Shown here: positions 19,192 through 29,156 of the stretch, piece after piece
Layout of the letters: each line of letters opens with the position of its first letter
Numbering within the stretch: position 1 is the stretch's first letter
DNA from: Sinorhizobium meliloti
Lineage (GTDB): Bacteria; Pseudomonadota; Alphaproteobacteria; Rhizobiales; Rhizobiaceae
Length of the DNA stretch: 32,000 nucleotides
Reading direction: 5' to 3'
Assembly: GCF_017876815.1 (NCBI RefSeq)
Contig: NZ_JAGIOS010000002.1
Coordinates: 780,001-812,000 of the forward strand
Made by a program: the position numbers and the translations under genes
The notes under the pieces: model-generated
What the model was told of the DNA's origin: nothing
The model's input: only the letters and a program-made list of their open reading frames with translations
The model's database searches: none

Positions 19192-20109
19192 ATGGAGGCT
19201 CCCATCCTCGCACATTCGACCTGGCACGAGGGCGAAATCGCCCTCCAGAAGAAGCTGGGTGTGGAAACGCGCATGGACGAGGTCGGGCGCCGCGTCATGC
19301 GCGACCACCTGATCGACCAGCACCGGGAATTCTATCCGCTTCTGCCGATGGTCGTGCTGGGCTCGGTTGACCGCGACGGTGACGCCTGGGCGACGCTCAG
19401 GGCGGGCGAACCCGGCTTCCTCCACGCGCCGGACGAAAAAAGACTGACCGTCGAGCTCCCGCGGGAGCCGACGGACCCCGCCGAGGCGGGCATGGAGGAC
19501 GGCGCTCCCCTCGCGCTCCTCGGAATCGATCTCGGCACCCGCCGGCGCAACCGGCTGAACGGCACGCTCAAGCGGCATGCCGGCGGCTTCGATCTCGGCG
19601 TCGACCAGAGCTTCGGCAACTGTCCGAAATACATCCAGCTCCGGCAGGTCCATTTCCTGCGCGACCCGTCCGAACCGCCTGCCGTGCCGCCCATTTCGAG
19701 CTTCGGGCTCGACGCCGCCGCGCGTGCTCTGGTGACGCAGGCGGACACGTTCTTCGTCGCAACCTATGCCGATCTCGCCGGAGGCCGGCAGCTCGACGTC
19801 TCCCATCGCGGCGGTCGTGCGGGGTTCGTACATGCCGGCGAAGACGGCTGGCTGACGATACCGGATTTCGTCGGCAACCGCTTCTTCAACACGCTCGGCA
19901 ACATCGCGGTCAATCCGCGCGCCGGGCTCACTTTCCCGGACTTCTCCACGGGCGGCCTCCTTCAGATGACCGGCGAGGCCGAGCTCCTGACCGAAGCTCC
20001 GGACGGCGTGCCTCCCGACGGCGCCGAGCGCTACTGGCGATTCCGTCCGCGCCGCATCGTCTGGCGCGCCGACGCGCTACCAATCCGCTACGACCTAAAA
20101 TCATCGTGA
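19192..20109 (+). CDS. Pyridoxamine 5'-phosphate oxidase-like FMN-binding protein, 305 aa
   Basis: I trimmed track ORF 18991..20109, whose N-terminus is translated through the repeat element, to the ATG at 19192 (MEAPILAHSTWHEGE...). Motifs SHRGGRAGFV and GNRFFNTLGNIAVNPRAGL are typical of the split-barrel PNPOx-related family. An alternative start is at 19138. Confidence 0.6.
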   Translation: MEAPILAHSTWHEGEIALQKKLGVETRMDEVGRRVMRDHLIDQHREFYPLLPMVVLGSVDRDGDAWATLRAGEPGFLHAPDEKRLTVELPREPTDPAEAGMEDGAPLALLGIDLGTRRRNRLNGTLKRHAGGFDLGVDQSFGNCPKYIQLRQVHFLRDPSEPPAVPPISSFGLDAAARALVTQADTFFVATYADLAGGRQLDVSHRGGRAGFVHAGEDGWLTIPDFVGNRFFNTLGNIAVNPRAGLTFPDFSTGGLLQMTGEAELLTEAPDGVPPDGAERYWRFRPRRIVWRADALPIRYDLKSS

Positions 20110-20171
20110 TCTGGTGATCGCCCTTCGCCCCGGCGGCGGTCAGGTTGAGCCGTGTAAATTTCGCGTAGTAA

Positions 20172-20196
20172 GGAACCAACCTCCCTCGCCAAGGTT
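20172..20196 (+). promoter_or_regulatory. EcfG/RpoE2-type general stress promoter upstream of the catalase
   Basis: The motif is GGAAC (20172-20176) - N16 - GGTT (20193-20196). It lies 36 nt upstream of the catalase ATG, and the leader contains an AAGGAG Shine-Dalgarno. Confidence 0.6.
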
Positions 20197-20231
20197 TCGT
20201 GCCCATCCGCCCTCGACCAAGGAGTGCTGCC

Positions 20232-22349
<2,118 letters not shown>

Positions 22350-22374
22350 GCCGATGGCTTAGACGGAGTCGACG

Positions 22375-23442
22375 ATGGCGTCGTCCGCACATGGAAAGCC
22401 GACGAAGAAGGCCGCTCCGTCAAGCGCGGCAAAGAAGGCGGGCGGCTTTCCCCTGCCCGTCAGCACGGCGCCGATGGAGGCCCGATCCGCGACCGAGCTT
22501 CCGGGCGGCGACGCATGGCAGTATGAGCCGAAGTGGGACGGCTTTCGCTGCCTTGCGTTCAAGTCCGGCGACGAAGTCGATATAAGGGCGAAATCCGGCA
22601 AGCCGCTCGGGCGCTTCTTCCCGGAGATCGTCGCCCTCTTGCGCCGGCTGGAGCCGGACATGTTCGTCCTCGACGGCGAACTGGTGATCGAGGTCGACGG
22701 GCGCCTCTCCTTCGACGCCCTGCAGATGCGCCTGCATCCGGCGGCAAGTCGCGTGCAGAAGCTCTCGCAGGAGACGCCGGCCAAGCTCATCCTGTTCGAC
22801 ATGCTGGCCGGCACGGACGGAACGATCCTCACCGGTGAACCCCTCCAGACCCGCCGCGCCTGCCTCGAAACCTTCGCCAAGAAGAACGCCGTTGCTGAGA
22901 TGCTGGAGTCTTCGCCCTTCACGCTCGACATCGAGGAGGCCGAGCGGTGGCTCACCTCATGGGAGGCGGGTGCAACCGACGGGGTCGTCGCAAAGCGGCG
23001 CGACGGCGCATACGAATGCGGCGAAAGGGCGATGGTGAAGGTCAAACGGCTGAAGACGGCCGATTGCGTCGTCGGCGGCTTCCGCTACGAGAGCGACAGC
23101 TCTTTGGTCGGCTCGCTTCTGCTCGGCCTTTACGACACCGAGGGACTGCTGAACCATGTGGGCTTTACCGCGACGATCTCGGACAAGGAGCGGCCCGCCT
23201 TGACCAACCAGCTCGAAGCATTGCGGGAGCCGCCGGGCTTCACCGGCAAAGCGCCGGGCGGGCCCAGCCGCTGGAGCAGCGAGCGCAGCGGCGAATGGGA
23301 GCCGGTTCGCCCGGAACTGGTCGTCGAAGTCCGGTTCGACCATGTTAGCAACCGGCGCTTCCGTCACGGTACGAAACTCATGCGCTGGCGGCCGGACAAG
23401 GACCCGCGCCAATGTACCTATCAGCAGATCATGCCGTCGTGA
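22375..23442 (+). CDS. Stand-alone ATP-dependent DNA ligase (LigC / LigD-ligase-domain type), 355 aa
   Basis: Motif I is EPKWDGFR (adenylation Lys), motif III FVLDGELV, motif IV DGVVAKR, motif V MVKVKR and motif VI RFRHGTKLMRWRPDK. It starts 25 bp after the catalase stop. The N-terminus carries a Lys/Ala-rich tail. Confidence 0.88.
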   Translation: MASSAHGKPTKKAAPSSAAKKAGGFPLPVSTAPMEARSATELPGGDAWQYEPKWDGFRCLAFKSGDEVDIRAKSGKPLGRFFPEIVALLRRLEPDMFVLDGELVIEVDGRLSFDALQMRLHPAASRVQKLSQETPAKLILFDMLAGTDGTILTGEPLQTRRACLETFAKKNAVAEMLESSPFTLDIEEAERWLTSWEAGATDGVVAKRRDGAYECGERAMVKVKRLKTADCVVGGFRYESDSSLVGSLLLGLYDTEGLLNHVGFTATISDKERPALTNQLEALREPPGFTGKAPGGPSRWSSERSGEWEPVRPELVVEVRFDHVSNRRFRHGTKLMRWRPDKDPRQCTYQQIMPS

Positions 23443-24358
23443 GCTTGTTTGCGCCAATCCGGTTCTCTTCGCCGGTACCTGCTTCCAAGCTGTGGTTGAA
23501 CACGCCGAGCACCGTGTCGACGATCAAGGGACGCGGGCGGCGCCGCGCTATCGCGGCAACAGGCAAGGCGGGCAGTTGCAGACCTTGGATGGGAGCGAAG
23601 CGAACGCCCTTGAACGATATGCGCTCTGTAGAGCGTGGTAGAAGAGCGGCACCGACCCCTGCGGCAACGAGAGAAAGCATGGTCAGCGCACGCGTCGCCG
23701 GCTGCTGAATCGAAACGTCGTGCCCGGCTTCCGCGAAGGCGTTGAGAATGCAGGCGTGCAAGGAAGGGCCCTGGGCGGCGGGGAAGAGCACCAATCCCAT
23801 TCGGGCAAGCTCGGCGATGGTGACCGGACCAGTACGCCCGTCCTCCGGTATGGCGGCAATGAGCGTCTCGTCGGCGACTGGGATGATATCCAGTCGTTCC
23901 GAGCTGCCGAGCGGCGGATGGCATATGCCGAAATCGATCGTTCCCTCCGCAAGCGCGGCCACCTGCTCATTCGTCGCCATTTCAGTGAGCACGGGCCGGA
24001 TCATCGGAAACTCCTGCCGCAGCGAGACCACCAGCGACGGCAGCAGCTCGTACAACGCAGCGGAGACGAAACCGATCCGGACGTCGCCGGCGGTCCCGGT
24101 ACCCGCGCCGCGGGCAACCGCCCGTGCCGCCTCCGCATCTTGAAGCGTCCGCCGCGCCTCGGGAAGCAGCGACGCGCCCGCCCGGGTCAGTGCAAGCCGG
24201 CGGTGTGCGCGCTCGAAAAGTTTTACGCCGAGCTCCCTTTCCAGCCGGGCGATGGACTGGCTCAACGGCGGCTGCGCCATGCCGAGCCGCTGCGCGGCGC
24301 GCCCCATATGCAGGGTTTCGGCCACGGCGACGAAATGACGTAGGTGACGAAGTTCCAT
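23429..24358 (-). CDS. LysR-family transcriptional regulator, 309 aa
   Basis: The N-terminal wHTH is MELRHLRHFVAVAETLHMGRAAQRLGMAQPPLSQSIARLERELGVKLFER. It is divergent from the alpha/beta hydrolase. Its 3' end overlaps the ligase 3' end by 14 bp. Confidence 0.88.
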   Translation of the reverse strand: MELRHLRHFVAVAETLHMGRAAQRLGMAQPPLSQSIARLERELGVKLFERAHRRLALTRAGASLLPEARRTLQDAEAARAVARGAGTGTAGDVRIGFVSAALYELLPSLVVSLRQEFPMIRPVLTEMATNEQVAALAEGTIDFGICHPPLGSSERLDIIPVADETLIAAIPEDGRTGPVTIAELARMGLVLFPAAQGPSLHACILNAFAEAGHDVSIQQPATRALTMLSLVAAGVGAALLPRSTERISFKGVRFAPIQGLQLPALPVAAIARRRPRPLIVDTVLGVFNHSLEAGTGEENRIGANKLTTA

Positions 24359-24452
24359 ATGCAGATGATATCAAAGTTTCCCATATTCATCATCGATTTG
24401 AATGCGGAGGCGGGCAATATTTGGCGGCGTTCAGATTGTCGGGAGTATTGAC

Positions 24453-25520
24453 ATGACAAGACTCAACGCGATTTTCCTCGCCCTCATCTCAACTGTGTTC
24501 GCCGCGCCGGTTTTTGCAGGTGACGATCGACTGGTGCGCACCGACCGCTTCGTGACGCTTGCCGGAGGCGAAAGGCTTTTCGTGCGCGAAGTGCGACCTG
24601 CCGAACGGCAGCAAGCGGTGTCGGCCGTTCTGCTGATCCATGGCGCGCGCGTGCCATCGGTCGCCTCGTTCGATCTCGCGGTGCCGGGCGGCTCGATCGC
24701 GGCCGAGCTGGCTGCGGAGGGCCATTCGGTCTACCTCGTCGATCTCCGCGGCTATGGTGCCTCAAGCCGGCCGCACGAAATGGATGCACCGCCCGGTGGA
24801 GGCACGCCTCTTATGCGAACCGATGAAGCGGTCTCCGACGTCGCCGCCGCCGTCGAGGCGGCTGCGGAATGGAGCGGCGACGGCAAGGTCAGCATTCTCG
24901 GCTGGGCGACGGGAGGACAATGGGCCGCCGCCTTTGCCGCCCGCCATTCGGCTCGCGTGGAACGACTCATCCTCTACAACAGCCTTTACGGTGCCTCCGA
25001 CCGGCATCCGACGCTCGGGCGAGGCTCGCCGCTCGAGGCTCCCGATCGTCCGGGCAGTTTAAACATGGCTGCGCTTGGCGCCTATCGGCTCAACACAGCG
25101 GAAAGTCTGTTTGCGGCCTGGGACAAGAGCATCCCCGTTTCCGATAAATCCGAGTGGCGCGACCCCGCTGTCGCCCGCGCCTATGCCGACATGGCGCTGT
25201 CCTCCGATCCCACCTCCGCGGAGAGAACGCCGCCGAGTTTCCGCTCCCCTAGCGGCGCGATGGCCGACAGTTTTGAACTGGCGTTCGGCCGCAAGCAGTG
25301 GAGTGCGGAGGCATTGACGATGCCGGTGCTCGTCATCCGCTCGCAATACGATTTCTGGAGCCGTCCGGAGGATGCAGCGGCGATTGCGCGGGAGGCGCCG
25401 CAAGCAAGCCTCGTCGAGCTTCCACACGCTACCCACTTCGTGCATCTCGACCGCAGCGAAGCGGGCCGTTCGGCCTTCCTGTCGGCGGTCACTCAGTTCC
25501 TGGATCTGGCGGCACGATAG
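24453..25520 (+). CDS. Secreted alpha/beta-fold hydrolase-family protein, 355 aa, with an atypical nucleophile elbow
   Basis: I trimmed track ORF 24402..25520 to the ATG at 24453 (MTRLNAIFLALISTVFAAPVFA, a signal peptide), preceded by GGGAG. It has the LLIHGA oxyanion motif and DLRGYGAS. The elbow reads GWATGG rather than G-x-S-x-G. The C-terminal HATHFVHLD supplies a His. Confidence 0.7.
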   Translation: MTRLNAIFLALISTVFAAPVFAGDDRLVRTDRFVTLAGGERLFVREVRPAERQQAVSAVLLIHGARVPSVASFDLAVPGGSIAAELAAEGHSVYLVDLRGYGASSRPHEMDAPPGGGTPLMRTDEAVSDVAAAVEAAAEWSGDGKVSILGWATGGQWAAAFAARHSARVERLILYNSLYGASDRHPTLGRGSPLEAPDRPGSLNMAALGAYRLNTAESLFAAWDKSIPVSDKSEWRDPAVARAYADMALSSDPTSAERTPPSFRSPSGAMADSFELAFGRKQWSAEALTMPVLVIRSQYDFWSRPEDAAAIAREAPQASLVELPHATHFVHLDRSEAGRSAFLSAVTQFLDLAAR

Positions 25521-25570
25521 AGCGTTTCACTGTTTGATTGAGACAGCTACGCACTTGCGCACGGCCGCCC

Positions 25571-25595
25571 GGAACTTTTGGCCAGGGGGCAGGTT
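25571..25595 (+). promoter_or_regulatory. EcfG/RpoE2-type promoter candidate upstream of the ZIP transporter
   Basis: The motif is GGAAC (25571-25575) - N16 - GGTT (25592-25595), the same architecture as upstream of the catalase. It predicts a leader of about 145 nt to the ATG at 25747. Confidence 0.5.
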
Positions 25596-25746
25596 GGAGC
25601 TCTGGCAAGGAGCGCGGTCGATGCGCGGACCACATCCGCCTTTCGGGACTGCGGGTGTGTCCCCTCGTTCTCGGCGCCGCCTTCGGCATGCGATCACAAG
25701 GGGGTACTCGCGCACCTCCCCCCGCTGATGACCACCCTGGGCAGCG

Positions 25747-26526
25747 ATGAATAATGATCTCCTGATCATCCTGGGAATTGCCGCGGCGGCGGCCGTAGCA
25801 TCGCCCCTAGGCGGCCTGGTGGCGATCTCGCTCAGGCCGTCCAGCCTCGTGCTCTCGATCGCCGTCGGCTTCGCGGCCGGCGTCCTCATGGGCACCTTCG
25901 CTTTCGAGATGATGCCCACCTCCATGGAACTTGCAGGTCTTCCGCTTGCCGTTGCCGGATTTCTGCTCGGCCTGGGACTCGTCTATATTCTCGACCTCTA
26001 CGTCAACCGCTGGAAAATGGCCGGACCGGAAGCGGATCAGAAGGCCGAGGTCGATCGCCTGCATCGGCGGCGCAGGCCGCGCGGGAGCAATGTCGCGGTG
26101 CTCGCCGGCGGCACGAGTGCGGAAGAGCTGATCGAAGGCATGACGATCGGTGTCGGCGCGACCTTCGAGCCTAAGGTGGCGCTGATCGTGGGTCTCGCGA
26201 TCTGCATCGACAATTTCAGCGAAGGAATGAGCATCGGCGAATTGACGCTCGACGAGGAGCGGAAGAACGCGAAGCGCAGGACACTCGGATGGACCTCCCT
26301 CATCGGACTCTCCCTTTTCGTTTCCGCCGTGGCAGGGTGGTTCCTCCTGAAAGGCCTGGCCCAGCCGGTCACCGGTTTTCTTTTCGCGACGGGAGCGGGC
26401 GGGATGTTCTACCTGACGATTACCGACCTCGTGCCGGAAGCGGAGTCGCACCAGTTCCAGCAATCCTCCGCGATCGCCAATGCCGCCGGCTTCCTGCTCG
26501 TCATGGTGCTTGCGCAGATGAGCTGA
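25747..26526 (+). CDS. ZIP-family divalent metal transporter (ZupT-like), 259 aa
   Basis: The protein has about 8 hydrophobic segments. ZIP-like paired motifs EELIEGMTIGVGA and IDNFSEGMSIGE sit on either side of a charged central loop (RLHRRRRPRGS). The Shine-Dalgarno is weak. Confidence 0.7.
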   Translation: MNNDLLIILGIAAAAAVASPLGGLVAISLRPSSLVLSIAVGFAAGVLMGTFAFEMMPTSMELAGLPLAVAGFLLGLGLVYILDLYVNRWKMAGPEADQKAEVDRLHRRRRPRGSNVAVLAGGTSAEELIEGMTIGVGATFEPKVALIVGLAICIDNFSEGMSIGELTLDEERKNAKRRTLGWTSLIGLSLFVSAVAGWFLLKGLAQPVTGFLFATGAGGMFYLTITDLVPEAESHQFQQSSAIANAAGFLLVMVLAQMS

Positions 26527-26557
26527 CGCAATCGCGTCTTGAGGAGTGCCCGTCCGT

Positions 26558-29101
26558 TCAGACGATCGCCCGGTCCCAGCCCCCATAATGTTCTTCGCTG
26601 CGCGTGCCGCGCGGAAGGCTGAGCGCGATCAATGCCAGGCCGATCGCGAGATTGGCGAAGGTGGCGACCGTGCTGCCGCCGGCAAGCAGGAAGGGCGAAG
26701 CCGCCACCCAGGCGCCGAGCAGCACATTCAGGAAACGCACCGGACGGACGACCTCCGCCATGGCGGTGACGGCAACCAGGATCACGACGCAGCCGAGAAT
26801 GTGGTCGCTGTGATAGAGCGGCGGGACGCTGCCGAAAACCATGGGCGTCGTCATCAGGACCGCGCCGAGCAGAGCGCTCGCGACCAGCGTCCAGGGGAAG
26901 TTGACGCCGCCGACGATGAATTCCTTCAGCAGCTCGGAGGCGGGCCGGTTGAGGTCGGGGGCCGGCGTCTGGTCCTCCGAAATGGCCGGGCCGCCCATCC
27001 AGAACGTCCGCCAGAAGGGCTCGCCCGCCTTTCTTACGCGCCAGAGATACTGGATGGTCGCGAGCACCTCGTCGATCGAATAGGGGATGAGCACGACGGT
27101 GACGGCCGCCTGGATGATGCAGAGCGTGCAGAGTGCGCCGATAAGCGGCGGCTGGATGATGATGAAGGAGACGCTGACGGCGCCGAGGGGCACGATCAGT
27201 AGGCCGAAGAGGAGCACCATCCAGGGCATGGTGCGCCAGCGGCGACTGTCTCCGATCGCGCCGGCCAGAAGGTCAAGCGCATAGGCGAAGGCGCCCAGGC
27301 CGGCATCGGCGATAGGAAAGCCCTTGGAAACCCAGGACGTCACGACCGCCTCGCTGCCGTTGCGGACGGGGGCCTCGCCCGGGCCGAAGAACGGGTCCCA
27401 GAGCCCGTCGACATGGCCCATCTGATAGGCGGCGAGATAGCGCGAGACGAAGAGGCCGACGAAGGCGAGCGCGACGATCGGCATGCGCTGGGTGAAGGAG
27501 GACGGCGAATAGCTCCAGCCGAGCGGCCGGTCGTCGTCGGCCGCGAGCGCCCGCAGCCTTATGCCGGGTGTCGGCGGAATCATAACCGCAAAAGCCACGA
27601 TCAGCATGCCGGCAAGCGTATCGACGGCGTAGGCCGCAGCACTCGTCGTCCAGAAGACAAGCGGGGCGAGCATGATCCAGACGCCGAGCGCTGCCGTGAT
27701 CCATTGCGCATGGGACCAGCGCCGGTACATGCCGAAAAGCGCGAATGCCGCAACGAGCAATCCGGACAGGATCTCGCTGATCCCGAGTCGGGCATTGCGT
27801 ATGGCGGGCTCCGCGATCTCGTGGCCGAGCGCCGGCGGCAGTGGCACGCCGACGGGGTCGAAAAGGCCGAGCGTCGCCGGCGAGGAGACGAGCCACAGGC
27901 CGAGAGCGACATTTGCCAGCGGCGCCCAGAGCGTGCGCAGCCGGTGTTCTTCCACGGCAACTTCGACTTCAGCGTCGCTGCGCTCCAGCGGCTCCGCCAG
28001 GCGTTTCTCCGCCTGCTCGATTTCCGGATCCGAGGCGGCGACCACGGAGGGCTCCAGCTTGTTCTTCGCGTACCAGGTGGTCGGGTCTTGCTTGAGCCGC
28101 CGGATCATTTCCGGCAACGTCGCAGCTAGGCTGTGTCTCGGCTCCCAGCCGAGCTTTTTGCGGGCACGGGAGATGTCGATCTCGTAATGATCGTCCGAGT
28201 TCTCGATCATCCACGGCTTAATCTCCGACTCCTCGTCGAGCACCTCGGTCTGCATCCATGCCCCCGGCTTGGCAAGGCTCTTGGGCAGGGCGAGCGTGCG
28301 CCAGTCCTCGCCGTGGATCAGCCGGCCGATACGCTTCTGCAAGTCGCCATAGGAGAGCGTTTCCTCCTCGCCGATCAGGAACACGCAATCGTCGGGCAAT
28401 TCGTTGCGGTGGCCGACGGCGCGCGCGAAAGCCTCGACCAGATCGTCCTTGTGCAGATAGGGCTGGCCCGCGTCCAGATCGCCGCTGAACAGATAGGCCG
28501 TCGGGAGCCGCTCGAAGATGCGGGCGATCTGCTGGGCGATGAAAGCGGCTCGGCAGTCCTCGTCATAGACGCCGGCGAGGCGAAGAGTCGCGGTCCTGAT
28601 CGCGCCGCGATGTTTGGCGATTACCGCCTCGGTCTCGGCCTTCGACTTGGGGTAGGCCCAGGCGGGGTCCAGCGGATCATCCTCGTTGATCCGCGCACCC
28701 TTGGCCGGACTGGGTGCCTGCACCAGCAGCGTGCTTGCATAGATGAACTGTTCGGTGGGAAGGCCCTGCAGCGCCTCCAGCAGCCGGCGCGTGCCCTCGA
28801 CATTGACGGCACCGTATTTGGGGTTGTCCTTGCCGGTGGTGTCGTAATAGGCGGCAAGATGAATGACGGAAGCAAGGCGCCCGCCGCTACGCTTACCCGC
28901 CGTCTCGATCGCCTCTCTCACGCTTTCGTCGGAGGTGATGTCGAGTTTGATCGTCTCTTCGGTCTCGGACTCGCCCTTCGGAGGGGACAGGTCGAGCCCG
29001 ATGACGCGATACCGGTCCCTCAGGCGATGCGCGATCGCCTGGCCCAGGAAACCGCTCGAGCCGGTAATGAGAACGGTCGGCTGATTTGCATCTTTCGGCA
29101 T
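26558..29101 (-). CDS. Fusion protein, 847 aa. It has an N-terminal extended-SDR (NAD-dependent epimerase/dehydratase-like) domain and a C-terminal 12-13 TM region with a VKOR-like CXXC core flanked by SPW-like repeat pairs.
   Basis: I trimmed track ORF 26558..29188 to the ATG at 29101 (MPKDANQPTVLITGSSGFLGQ, a Rossmann motif). The catalytic YxxxK is Y150-PKS-K154. An acidic linker spans aa 350-390. SPW-like helices include NVALGLWLVSSPATLG, ALGVWIMLAPLVFW and NVLLGAWVAASPFLLAG. The VKOR-like block is aa 540-675 (FVSRYLAAY...SKGFPIADAGLGAFAY...GALCTLCIIQ), with the CXXC codons at 27119-27130. Confidence 0.7.
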   Translation of the reverse strand: MPKDANQPTVLITGSSGFLGQAIAHRLRDRYRVIGLDLSPPKGESETEETIKLDITSDESVREAIETAGKRSGGRLASVIHLAAYYDTTGKDNPKYGAVNVEGTRRLLEALQGLPTEQFIYASTLLVQAPSPAKGARINEDDPLDPAWAYPKSKAETEAVIAKHRGAIRTATLRLAGVYDEDCRAAFIAQQIARIFERLPTAYLFSGDLDAGQPYLHKDDLVEAFARAVGHRNELPDDCVFLIGEEETLSYGDLQKRIGRLIHGEDWRTLALPKSLAKPGAWMQTEVLDEESEIKPWMIENSDDHYEIDISRARKKLGWEPRHSLAATLPEMIRRLKQDPTTWYAKNKLEPSVVAASDPEIEQAEKRLAEPLERSDAEVEVAVEEHRLRTLWAPLANVALGLWLVSSPATLGLFDPVGVPLPPALGHEIAEPAIRNARLGISEILSGLLVAAFALFGMYRRWSHAQWITAALGVWIMLAPLVFWTTSAAAYAVDTLAGMLIVAFAVMIPPTPGIRLRALAADDDRPLGWSYSPSSFTQRMPIVALAFVGLFVSRYLAAYQMGHVDGLWDPFFGPGEAPVRNGSEAVVTSWVSKGFPIADAGLGAFAYALDLLAGAIGDSRRWRTMPWMVLLFGLLIVPLGAVSVSFIIIQPPLIGALCTLCIIQAAVTVVLIPYSIDEVLATIQYLWRVRKAGEPFWRTFWMGGPAISEDQTPAPDLNRPASELLKEFIVGGVNFPWTLVASALLGAVLMTTPMVFGSVPPLYHSDHILGCVVILVAVTAMAEVVRPVRFLNVLLGAWVAASPFLLAGGSTVATFANLAIGLALIALSLPRGTRSEEHYGGWDRAIV

Positions 29102-29110
29102 GCCGAAGCA

Positions 29111-29135
29111 AACCGCGCTCCGGCAGGAAGGTTCC
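29111..29135 (-). promoter_or_regulatory. EcfG/RpoE2-type promoter candidate immediately upstream of the SDR-VKOR-like fusion gene. It predicts a leaderless or near-leaderless mRNA.
   Basis: The minus strand reads GGAAC (29135-29131) - N16 - GGTT (29114-29111), followed by 9 nt (TGCTTCGGC) and then the ATG at 29101. No convincing Shine-Dalgarno is present. Confidence 0.5.
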
Positions 29136-29156
29136 CGACCTGGTTGAGCGAAAGAA

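Noticed and set aside
18938-19312. 124-aa ORF, and the N-terminal 67 residues of ORF 18991..20109 (contains ..WLDSCDKHRNEG..)
   Set aside because: These residues are simply the translation of the inverted-repeat element at 18976-19091. The conserved PNPOx-like sequence begins at the ATG at 19192.
25521-25746. Possible metal riboswitch (yybP-ykoY Mn or czcD NiCo type) upstream of the ZIP transporter
   Set aside because: I looked for the conserved GGGGAGUAG ... UUGACA ... core of the Mn riboswitch and found only a loose AAGGGGGTAC, in the wrong order relative to other elements. I see no convincing four-way-junction arrangement by eye. This needs an Infernal scan and is not called.
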